From the NCBI GenBank assembly GCA_045644105.1, contig JAZRGI010000168.1, forward strand, positions 1 to 24,418: DNA of 24,418 nt. The letters run 5' to 3'. This document shows, one piece after another, positions 6,698 to 14,562 of this stretch. Positions within the stretch are counted from its first letter, which is position 1, and each line of letters begins with the position of its first letter. Origin of the DNA: Eubacteriales bacterium. GTDB taxonomy: Bacteria; Bacillota; Clostridia; Oscillospirales; CAG-272. The notes under the pieces were generated by a model, which was not told the DNA's origin, ran no database searches, and saw only the letters and a list, made by a program, of their open reading frames with translations. The position numbers and the translations under genes were made by a program.

Positions 6698-8434
6698 ATG
6701 ATGAAAAAATTCTGCAGATTGCTCTGTCTATTGCTTGCCATTGCAACATTGTTGTCGTTATCGGTATCCTGCCGCGATGAGGACATCTTGTCGGACGAAG
6801 AGCCGGAGGAGCAGGGAATTGTCATTGTCAGCAAGGGAGTTCCCCATTATACCATTGTTTACGCCAAGACACTCAATAGCGAGTGTGTGGAACTTGCCTA
6901 CAAATTGCAGGACGAGATTCGTGAACGCGTTGGTGTCACGGTACAGATCAAGGTTGAGGATGATCAGACCGATGCCGATGCAAAGGAAATCCTGATTGGC
7001 GACACCGCTTATGAAGAAAGTAAAACTGTTTCCAAAATGATTGGGAAAAAGCAATATGCCATTATGGCAGAGGGAAACAAGATTGTTGTTGCCGCAAAAA
7101 GCAGTTTTATACTTGAAGAAGCCCTCTATTACTTTATCGAGCAGTTGATTCCGCGCAACGTTAAGACGGTCAGTGGAAAGTTTTCACTTTATCATGAGGA
7201 CATTATTGCTGATTACGAAGAGCTGTCCGAACCCCTCTTTAACGGAGAGAGTCTGTCCAAGTATTCTATCGTATACTCCAAAAATGTTCCGGGCATGGAG
7301 GATCTCGCCGCAGATCTTGCAAAGCGTATTAAGAGTGCGCTCAAGTTGGATATTGACTACTATCCCGACACCTTCCGTGAGGAAACCGAATACGAGATTC
7401 TGGTTGGTTTGACCAACCGTGACTACAGTGTAGCGCTTTTTGCCGACGGAAACGTTCCGTTGATGTCCCACAAATTGGTGGTTGACGGAACCAAAATTCA
7501 CTTTGTGGCTGCAGGCGGATACTCCATGGGAGAATTGGTTTCGAAGTTTGTTTTAGGCTACGTGCTGGGCACCAATTTACGCAATCTGCGTGACGGTGTC
7601 TATATGGATACCGATCTGATGCCGATTCGCTCGCAAGCCTTGACCGAGGGAAGCACGCTTCGCGTTATGACCTCAAACGTGCTTGCGGACATTTGGGAGG
7701 ATAACCGCGGATATCCGTCGATTGAGGCGCGTGCCGAAATGTATGCCGCAACGTTGAGCGTTTACCGTCCCGATCTGGTTGGTATTCAGGAAACCGACCA
7801 GGCTTGGCTCAACACCTTGCCGTACTATCTTGGGTATTTGAAAACTCATTTTTCTCTTGATTACGAGTGGATCGAAAACACCTTCAAAACGACGTCGGGA
7901 AGCAAAGTTCCCAATATGAGTTCATTGATCTACCGCAAGGACGTCTTTTCTTTGGTGAGTAGCGGAGCGCAGGAGTTTTCCTTTGCCAACGATAAAAAGT
8001 ATAAGATCCGTGTTGCCACGTGGGCGGTGTTTACACATAAGCAGAGCAACGAAAAGTATGCGCTTGTCAACACGCACTGGTCGTTTACTGCGGAGGAGGG
8101 CGCGATCTCCGTGGAAGAGGAGTGCGCTTTGATTGAGTCGCTCAAGAAAAAATATGACGGATTACACGTTTTTTGTACGGGTGACTTCAACAACCACTTG
8201 AACAGTTCCTTTGGACTTTTCAAGACGACAAGTGGATTGACCGATTCCAAAGAGGCGGCAGACGAAAACGGCGTATTGATCAATAGGAATGCAGGAATTC
8301 CCGAAAAGATCTACATTGATCACGTTTTGTTCAATGACGGAATCACAGTAACGCGACATGAAACGATCGAGCATGCCTATGCAAGCAAGATGTCCGACCA
8401 CTTGCCGCAGTACGGTGACTTTATTGTAAATTAA
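6698..8434 (+). CDS. Lipoprotein with two GH20b-like N-terminal domains and an EEP phosphoesterase domain
   Basis: Signal peptide MMKKFCRLLCLLLAIATLLSLSVS-C. Two IVY...EIL(I/V)GxT domains. EEP motifs MTSNV, GIQET, GDFN, IDHV, SDH. Confidence 0.87.
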   Translation: MMKKFCRLLCLLLAIATLLSLSVSCRDEDILSDEEPEEQGIVIVSKGVPHYTIVYAKTLNSECVELAYKLQDEIRERVGVTVQIKVEDDQTDADAKEILIGDTAYEESKTVSKMIGKKQYAIMAEGNKIVVAAKSSFILEEALYYFIEQLIPRNVKTVSGKFSLYHEDIIADYEELSEPLFNGESLSKYSIVYSKNVPGMEDLAADLAKRIKSALKLDIDYYPDTFREETEYEILVGLTNRDYSVALFADGNVPLMSHKLVVDGTKIHFVAAGGYSMGELVSKFVLGYVLGTNLRNLRDGVYMDTDLMPIRSQALTEGSTLRVMTSNVLADIWEDNRGYPSIEARAEMYAATLSVYRPDLVGIQETDQAWLNTLPYYLGYLKTHFSLDYEWIENTFKTTSGSKVPNMSSLIYRKDVFSLVSSGAQEFSFANDKKYKIRVATWAVFTHKQSNEKYALVNTHWSFTAEEGAISVEEECALIESLKKKYDGLHVFCTGDFNNHLNSSFGLFKTTSGLTDSKEAADENGVLINRNAGIPEKIYIDHVLFNDGITVTRHETIEHAYASKMSDHLPQYGDFIVN

Positions 8435-8440
8435 GCAGAT

Positions 8441-8479
8441 GGCGGACGTTTTTATTTCATAAAGACCGTCCGCCTTTTT
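8441..8479 (+). terminator. Intrinsic terminator
   Basis: ggcggacg (8441-8448) / cgtccgcc (8467-8474) followed by ttttt. Confidence 0.7.
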
Positions 8480-8534
8480 AGAAAGTGCGGTTGCCGAAGA
8501 GGGGAACCGTCAACACTAAAAAGGAGATAAAACC

Positions 8535-9434
8535 ATGAAGCTTTCTACCTCTACGGGCGATTTTGCCGCTTATACGCAACATCAAAGCGAGGCGATCGGA
8601 TGGATTGCGCAGGCGGGATTCCGTTATATTGATTACAATTTTGCTACCGATTGCGCGCGTGGCAACGGTATTTACGGCGGTGACTTTGAAACCTATGTTG
8701 ACGGTATCAAACGACGCGCCGACGAGCTTGGCGTTGCCTTTGTGCAGGCGCACGCTCCGGCGGGACAACCCTTTGTCCGCGGTTGGGATGAGTTGGTCGA
8801 GCAGACGGTTCTTTGCGTCAAGGCGTGTGCCAAGCTCGGGGTTAAGAATCTTGTCGTTCATTCCGCCTATGCTCCCGACATGACGGTGGAGGAAACCATT
8901 GAAAAAAACAAGGAATTCTATACCCCTATTCTGCAGGCGGCAGAGGAGCATGACGTTTATATCCTCACCGAGAACTTTAACAAAATGACCAAGCCGAACG
9001 TCTTCTGGATCGACAACGCAACCGATCTGTTGCGCCTGATCGAATACGTTGACCATCCGCTTTTCCAAGCGGTTTGGGATACGGGACACGCAAATCTGCA
9101 GGAGCTTGCGCAGGATGCCGAGCTACGGTTGCTCGGTTCCCATGTCAAGGCACTGCACGTGCAGGACAATCTTGGTGACCGCGATGCCCATCTTGCCCCC
9201 TATATGGGAACCCTGAATCTGGATGCCGTCATGCACGGCTTGCAGGAGATCGGCTTTAACGGATACTTCAACTTTGAGGTTGGCCCATTCTTTACCCAAG
9301 CGGGACGCCGCAGAGATTACGAGGCGGATAAGCGCTTGAAGCTTCCTCCGATCGAGCTTCGGTTGAAGGCAGAGGAGCTGCTTTATGAGATCGGCAAATG
9401 CGCGCTTCAAGCTTACGGTTGCTTTGAGGAATAA
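8535..9434 (+). CDS. Sugar phosphate isomerase/epimerase family (xylose-isomerase-like TIM barrel, AP_endonuc_2)
   Basis: Metal-ligand motifs LTEN, WDTGHAN, LHVQDN, DAHLAP, FNFEV. RBS aaggag. Confidence 0.88.
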   Translation: MKLSTSTGDFAAYTQHQSEAIGWIAQAGFRYIDYNFATDCARGNGIYGGDFETYVDGIKRRADELGVAFVQAHAPAGQPFVRGWDELVEQTVLCVKACAKLGVKNLVVHSAYAPDMTVEETIEKNKEFYTPILQAAEEHDVYILTENFNKMTKPNVFWIDNATDLLRLIEYVDHPLFQAVWDTGHANLQELAQDAELRLLGSHVKALHVQDNLGDRDAHLAPYMGTLNLDAVMHGLQEIGFNGYFNFEVGPFFTQAGRRRDYEADKRLKLPPIELRLKAEELLYEIGKCALQAYGCFEE

Positions 9435-9457
9435 CTATATTTTTTACGGCGTTTACA

Positions 9458-9483
9458 AAAAGGCGGTTGACAGACCGCCTTTT
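9458..9483 (+). terminator. Intrinsic terminator whose stem-loop contains the next -35 box
   Basis: aaaaggcggt-tgacag-accgcctttt. Confidence 0.75.
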
Positions 9484-9496
9484 CCTATGGTATAAT
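9467..9496 (+). promoter_or_regulatory. Sigma-A promoter for the third EEP gene
   Basis: TTGACA (9467-9472)-18 nt-TATAAT (9491-9496) with extended TG. Confidence 0.75.
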
Positions 9497-9571
9497 AAAT
9501 TTACTTGAGGCGCGTTGCGGGCGCGGAACGCCTGTAACGTGTTGTCATGCTAATGAAAGCGAGGAACGAAA

Positions 9572-11281
9572 ATGAAGAACTTCTGCAAATGGTTGTGTTT
9601 TCTTTTGGCTTTGGTGATGTTGGTGTCCTGTACCAACGGTGCGCCGGAGGAGCCGACGCCAAAGGATGAGGGAACTCTGATCGTCAGACAGGGAATTCCG
9701 CAGTATTCGATTGTATATGAAGAGGGATCCAACTATGTCGATCTGATCAACCGCGTTGCGGACACGGTCAAGGAATATACGGGTGCACAACTTACGGTCA
9801 AGGAAGAATCCTCCGAGCAGGATGCAAATGCAAAGGAAATTCTGATCGGTTCTACCAAGTATGAGGAATCGGTTGAGGCAAAAAAAGAGCTGAAAAAGAA
9901 TGAATACGTCATCAAGGCGGTCGGCAATAAGATCGTTATCGTCGGAGCTAATGACGATGCACTGGAGGATGCGCTTTACTACGTAAAGGACGAACTGATC
10001 CCCAAAAATGCAAAACGTGTTGACGGAAAAGCCATGCTATATCACGAAGACTATGAAGGAACCTTTGTAGCGCCGACAGAGATTCTGTTTAACGGTGTAC
10101 CGATTTCCGAGTTCAGTGTGGTTTATTCTAAAACGGTTCCCGAAATAGAAGCGCTTGCTCAGACACTCGCAACCCACATTGGCAATCTGTTTAAGAAAAC
10201 GGTTGCTTGCTACAGTGATGAGGAACCTGAGCGCGAGTACGAGATTTTGCTCGGATTGACCAACCGTGATTTCAGTGCCGAGTGTTTTGCCGAGGCGCAG
10301 GTGCCCTTGATGTCTTACCAATTGGTGGTTGCAGGCGACAAGGTTCAGTTTGCTTGCCCCGGTGCGTATTCTGCCAATGAAATGGTAACCGAGTTTCGTT
10401 CTGCCTATCTGATGGCGATCTCCTATCGCAATCTGCGTGACGGCGTCTATATGGATAAGAATCTGTTGACGGTAACCGAGCAACCTCTGACCGAGGGTAG
10501 CACGTTGCGCATTATGACTTCCAACATTCTTGCCGACCGTTGGGTGGGAGATCGAAACTATCCCTCTGTTGCAAAGCGCGCGGAGATGTACACGGCAACA
10601 CTAATGGTTTACCGTCCTTCTTTGATCGGTGTACAGGAAACCGATGATTTGTGGACCGTCCATCTTCCGTACTACATCGATTACCTGGGCGATTACCTGT
10701 ATATGAACTACGAATGGATCGAAAATACCTATCCGATCTCTCCCGGAAAAGTGGTTCCCAATATGACTTCCATTATTTATTCCAAGGATGAATTTACTTA
10801 CGTGGATAGCAGTATGCAGGAATTCAGTGCTTTTAATCATACTGCATATAAGCTTCGCGTTCTGACGTGGGGTATCTTTACGCATAAGGCATCCGGTGAG
10901 AAATACGCGTTGGTAAACACGCACTACGATGGTGATATCAAGTACGGTCCCGATGAAATCAAAGAGCAGGCGGCTCTTGTAACCAAGATCAAGAATAAGT
11001 ATTCGGGTATTCACGTTTTCTGTACGGGTGACTACAACAATCACGGCGGATATAATATCGGCGATCTCAAAAAGGCTCTGAATATGTTGACAACCAAAGA
11101 TATTGCAAAGACGAGCGGGACGCTGGTGAACGAGATACCGGGTATTCCGGAGGGTATCTACATCGACCATATCTTTACCGAAACGACCAACGTAGTTACC
11201 AGACATGAAACCATCGACGTCAATTTTGCGAGTATCCTTTCGGATCACCGTCTGCAGTACGCCGATATCATTGTAAAATAA
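9572..11281 (+). CDS. Lipoprotein with two GH20b-like N-terminal domains and an EEP phosphoesterase domain (paralog of 6698-8434)
   Basis: Signal peptide MKNFCKWLCFLLALVMLVS-C. Motifs LRIMTSNI, GVQET, GDYN, IDHI, SDH. Colinear similarity to 6698-8434. Confidence 0.87.
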   Translation: MKNFCKWLCFLLALVMLVSCTNGAPEEPTPKDEGTLIVRQGIPQYSIVYEEGSNYVDLINRVADTVKEYTGAQLTVKEESSEQDANAKEILIGSTKYEESVEAKKELKKNEYVIKAVGNKIVIVGANDDALEDALYYVKDELIPKNAKRVDGKAMLYHEDYEGTFVAPTEILFNGVPISEFSVVYSKTVPEIEALAQTLATHIGNLFKKTVACYSDEEPEREYEILLGLTNRDFSAECFAEAQVPLMSYQLVVAGDKVQFACPGAYSANEMVTEFRSAYLMAISYRNLRDGVYMDKNLLTVTEQPLTEGSTLRIMTSNILADRWVGDRNYPSVAKRAEMYTATLMVYRPSLIGVQETDDLWTVHLPYYIDYLGDYLYMNYEWIENTYPISPGKVVPNMTSIIYSKDEFTYVDSSMQEFSAFNHTAYKLRVLTWGIFTHKASGEKYALVNTHYDGDIKYGPDEIKEQAALVTKIKNKYSGIHVFCTGDYNNHGGYNIGDLKKALNMLTTKDIAKTSGTLVNEIPGIPEGIYIDHIFTETTNVVTRHETIDVNFASILSDHRLQYADIIVK

Positions 11282-11291
11282 TACAAACCGA

Positions 11292-11325
11292 AAAGAGGGC
11301 GGGGCATAGTGGCTCCGCCCTCTTT
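11292..11325 (+). terminator. Intrinsic terminator
   Basis: aaagagggcgg / ccgccctcttt inverted repeat followed by a T-rich tract. Confidence 0.75.
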
Positions 11326-11365
11326 GTAATGTCGTGTATTTTCCTTTTCTTTTCTGTTTTTTCAC

Positions 11366-11394
11366 TTGCATTTTGGATGGAATACTGATATAAT
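11366..11394 (+). promoter_or_regulatory. Sigma-A promoter for GH32
   Basis: TTGCAT-17-TATAAT with extended TG. Confidence 0.65.
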
Positions 11395-11434
11395 AAGATT
11401 GTTGGATTACCATATGTATCCGGAGGAGAGCAAA

Positions 11435-13039
11435 ATGAAAATCGTCATTCAAAAGAAATATCTGATCATTCCCGTCAACGTCAACACCGTTTCCAAAAAG
11501 CTTTGCTTTTACGAGGGACAGGGGGAAGATCGACGCATGGTTATGGATTTTGACTGCAATCTGGATCTTCTAACCCCCAATTATTGGGGCTATCTTGACG
11601 TGTCGGCTTATCTTGGAAAAAGCCTTGAATACGCAACCGATCCGGAAATGGAGTTCGTTTTGGAGCAGACCGACGTCAAGGAGATCGATGGTCTGTATCA
11701 AGAGGAGTACCGCCCCTTTATACATTATACGCCAAAGCTGGGATACAACAATGACCCCAACGGTCTGATCAAATATGACGGAACCTATCACCTGTTCCAT
11801 CAGTACAATCCTTTTAGCACCGAGTGGGGAAATATGCATTGGGGACACGCCGCAAGCCCCGATCTTTTGCATTGGGAAGAGGGGGATATCGCTTTGTTTC
11901 CCGATACCTTTGGTACCATGTATTCGGGCTCTGCCATCGAGGACGTTCACAACGTCACGGGCTTGCAGAAGGGTGAAAAAACGCCAATGCTGCTCTATTA
12001 CACGGGCGCGGGTGATCGCAATCTGATCTCTGCCGAAAAGAAGCGCACACAGTGCCTTGCATACTCTTTGGACGGTGGCAGAAGCTTTGCCAAGTACGAG
12101 GGCAATCCCCGCATCAATACCTTCCGCAACTGGACGTGGAACCGTGATCCCAAGGTGGTTTGGGTGGAGGAGCTTGCAAAATACGTCATGATGCTCTATC
12201 TCGGTTCCGATCAGTTTGGTCTGTTTGTTTCGGAGAATCTGTTGGATTGGAGCTTTTTGCAACAGGTGACCATTGTCAAGGAAGCCGAGTGTGCCGATCT
12301 TTTCTCCTATGTGGTGGACGGAATCAAATATTGGGTGCTTTTGGGCGCATCGGATATTTATATTGTCGGTGTGTTTGAGAACGGCAGATTTGTGCAGAAG
12401 ACGCAGGAGAAGCAACTCAACATTGCCGGTGTCAACTATGCGGCGCAAAGCTTTTCTGGCATGGACGACGGCAGAGTTGTGCGTATCCCCTGGATGAAGC
12501 TATGGGTGCCAAACAGTCGCTTTACCCATCAGATGGGCATTCCGGTTGATGTTAAGCTTACAAAGAGCGAAAACGGACTTTGCCTGATTTCCAATCCCGT
12601 TGAAGAACTTCGCACACTCTATACCGACGGCGAGGTGCGCGAAAATCTTGTACTCAAGGACGAGATTCGAATTCCCTTGAAGCGCGCGGCATACGACATT
12701 TCTATCCAAGCCGAGTTCAAGGGGGAAATCCACGTTCGCGTTTTCGGACATCTTATCAAGTTTAAGGCATCGGAAAATCTCGTTACCTTTGTCAAGCCTG
12801 CCAAGAGCTTCCGCGACGGCAAGGTTCCCGTCAGTATGGACTCGACCTCGGTGGACGTGCGCATTGTGGTTGATCGTTGCTCGTTTGAATTATTTATCGA
12901 CGGTGGAAAGATTAACGTATCCCTGCCGTATATCTGTGACTATAATCTGCCCTATCTGTCGGTTTTTGCAACCGAAGAGGTACACGTGGACAAGCTGGAA
13001 TATCACAGACTTGCGCCGATTCACAAGGAGCAGAAATAA
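11435..13039 (+). CDS. Glycoside hydrolase family 32 (beta-fructofuranosidase/levanase-like), cytoplasmic
   Basis: Catalytic motifs NDPNG, RDP and EC, plus YHLFHQYNP, HWGHA, SGSA and YAAQSF. Start ATG 11435 follows ggagga. No signal peptide. Confidence 0.93.
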   Translation: MKIVIQKKYLIIPVNVNTVSKKLCFYEGQGEDRRMVMDFDCNLDLLTPNYWGYLDVSAYLGKSLEYATDPEMEFVLEQTDVKEIDGLYQEEYRPFIHYTPKLGYNNDPNGLIKYDGTYHLFHQYNPFSTEWGNMHWGHAASPDLLHWEEGDIALFPDTFGTMYSGSAIEDVHNVTGLQKGEKTPMLLYYTGAGDRNLISAEKKRTQCLAYSLDGGRSFAKYEGNPRINTFRNWTWNRDPKVVWVEELAKYVMMLYLGSDQFGLFVSENLLDWSFLQQVTIVKEAECADLFSYVVDGIKYWVLLGASDIYIVGVFENGRFVQKTQEKQLNIAGVNYAAQSFSGMDDGRVVRIPWMKLWVPNSRFTHQMGIPVDVKLTKSENGLCLISNPVEELRTLYTDGEVRENLVLKDEIRIPLKRAAYDISIQAEFKGEIHVRVFGHLIKFKASENLVTFVKPAKSFRDGKVPVSMDSTSVDVRIVVDRCSFELFIDGGKINVSLPYICDYNLPYLSVFATEEVHVDKLEYHRLAPIHKEQK

Positions 13040-13050
13040 GAGACTTTGCG

Positions 13051-13099
13051 CAATGCAAAACGGAGTACGAACGTCTTGTTCGTACTCCGTTTTGCATTG
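13051..13099. terminator. Bidirectional terminator (22-bp perfect inverted repeat) between convergent genes
   Basis: caatgcaaaacggagtacgaac (13051-13072) - gtctt - gttcgtactccgttttgcattg (13078-13099). Confidence 0.85.
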
Positions 13100-13115
13100 T
13101 ATGAATTTTTTGGAA

Positions 13116-13433
13116 TTATTCCTCAATGAATTTTACGGCGGTACCATATACCATGATCTCTGCCGCGCCGTCCATAATGGAGGAGGATGAATAGCGAACG
13201 TTTACAATGCCGTCGGCACCAAGTGCTTCGGCTTCTGCGATCATGCGCTTGGAGGCAATGGCTCTTGCCTCCTCCATCATCTGCGTGTAACCCTTTAACT
13301 CGCCGCCCACAATGGTTTTAAAGCCCTGCAACAGATCCTTTCCAATGTGCTTGGATTGAATGGTGCTACCCTTTACCAAAGAAAGGGTGGCGATTTTTTT
13401 GCCGGTGATAAAATCGGTATTGACTACGATCAT
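13116..13433 (-). CDS. YbjQ family (UPF0145) protein
   Basis: Typical motifs KGSTIQSKHIGKD, IVGGELKGY, EALGADGIVNVR, YGTAVK. 105 aa. Confidence 0.93.
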   Translation of the reverse strand: MIVVNTDFITGKKIATLSLVKGSTIQSKHIGKDLLQGFKTIVGGELKGYTQMMEEARAIASKRMIAEAEALGADGIVNVRYSSSSIMDGAAEIMVYGTAVKFIEE

Positions 13434-13462
13434 TGTATTTATCCTTTCTCAAAAAAACACGG

Positions 13463-14275
13463 TCAGTCGGGAAGAACGCCTTCCATCATCTTCAGGTTCC
13501 AAAGTTTTGCAAGACCTCTGATAACGTCGTCGGGAATGACATTGACAACGTGACCGAGCGCGAGCATATAGATCATAGCCGTTTTTTCGACCGTTTCGAT
13601 CAGACCGAATGCCTCGTCCAGATCTTTACCCGTGCCGTAGATACCGTGGTTGGTCCATACGACCAAACGGTGCTCCTTCATTTTCTCTGCGGTGGCAATA
13701 CCGATTTCCTCGGTTCCGCAAACCATGCAGGGAAGAACGCCGACACCATCGGGGAATACGACAACGCACTCGGTGTTGGACTGCCAGAGCTTGTGCGTAA
13801 ACTCCTTCTCATCGGTGGAGCAAACGGTGTTCATGGCAATGGTGTAGGTGGGGTGAGAGTGCGCTACGACTCTGTGGTTAGGATCCTGCTCAAGTCTTAC
13901 AATGTGGCTCATCATGTGCGCAGGGAACTCGGAGGTAAACTTACCGCCGTCCTTGTATCCCCAAAGCAGTTCGGCAGTGGTGCCGTCCTTGGAGATTCTG
14001 ACGATACCGAGGTTGGTTTCGGGATCCTTTTGTACATTCTTGAAGTACTTTCCGGTTCCGGTAACGATAAAGATCTTGCCTGCAAGCTTGGTTGCGTCAA
14101 AGCCGGTGGGAATGGTTCTGATGACGTTGTTCAGGTCGAGGTATTCCGCAACCTCTTCTTCCTTGAGCAAGTAACTGATGTTACCGCCGTTTCTCTCGTC
14201 CCAGCCCTGTCTGTACATATTGGCGGTGGTTTCGCACATTTCGACGATAAAGGGGGCCTTTAAAATGTCTTTCAT
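13463..14275 (-). CDS. rhaD: Rhamnulose-1-phosphate aldolase (class II aldolase)
   Basis: GWDERNGGNIS, TSEFPAH, HSHPT, LVVWTNHGIY, FGLIETVEK. RBS gaggag. Confidence 0.93.
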   Translation of the reverse strand: MKDILKAPFIVEMCETTANMYRQGWDERNGGNISYLLKEEEVAEYLDLNNVIRTIPTGFDATKLAGKIFIVTGTGKYFKNVQKDPETNLGIVRISKDGTTAELLWGYKDGGKFTSEFPAHMMSHIVRLEQDPNHRVVAHSHPTYTIAMNTVCSTDEKEFTHKLWQSNTECVVVFPDGVGVLPCMVCGTEEIGIATAEKMKEHRLVVWTNHGIYGTGKDLDEAFGLIETVEKTAMIYMLALGHVVNVIPDDVIRGLAKLWNLKMMEGVLPD

Positions 14276-14316
14276 TGGATACTCCTCAATTATTTTAATT
14301 TTTTTATTACAGGAGT

Positions 14317-14345
14317 ATTATACTTTATTTATATGATTTTGTCAA
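14317..14345 (-). promoter_or_regulatory. Sigma-A promoter for rhaD-ybjQ
   Basis: Minus strand TTGACA-17-TATAAT, perfect consensus. Confidence 0.85.
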
Positions 14346-14492
14346 TACGTGTTTTCAATTTTTTTTCACATGCCTTTCAAATGGCTTATGAATACATTTT
14401 CCTTTAAAGTTTTTTGCAGGCTATCGGTTGGAGTATTTCGTAGGTTCAGGAAAGAAGTTTGACAAAAAGTTTTTTCAATGCTAAAAAACAAT

Positions 14493-14521
14493 TTGACATT
14501 TTTCAAAATATATGTTAAAAT
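14493..14521 (+). promoter_or_regulatory. Sigma-A promoter for the metallophosphoesterase
   Basis: TTGACA-17-TAAAAT with extended TG. A weaker TTGACA-17-TAAAAA lies 34 nt upstream (14459-14487). Confidence 0.7.
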
Positions 14522-14562
14522 ATATCGTATAGAGCAAATTTAAAACATTAGAGGTGGAAAAA

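Noticed and set aside
9508-9533. GC-rich hairpin (aggcg/cgcct) in the leader of the third EEP gene as a riboswitch
   Set aside because: The stem is only 5 bp, there is no recognisable aptamer, and no expression platform is evident.
13051-13099. 22-bp perfect inverted repeat as a MITE or REP
   Set aside because: It is a single copy with no target-site duplication, and its position between convergent genes is explained by a bidirectional terminator.
13433-14263. 276-aa plus-strand ORF, and similar shadows at 4098-4721, 10601-11452, 11570-12448, 14968-16056, 16870-17775 and 22726-23574
   Set aside because: Each lies antisense to a well-supported gene and has no RBS or family motif.
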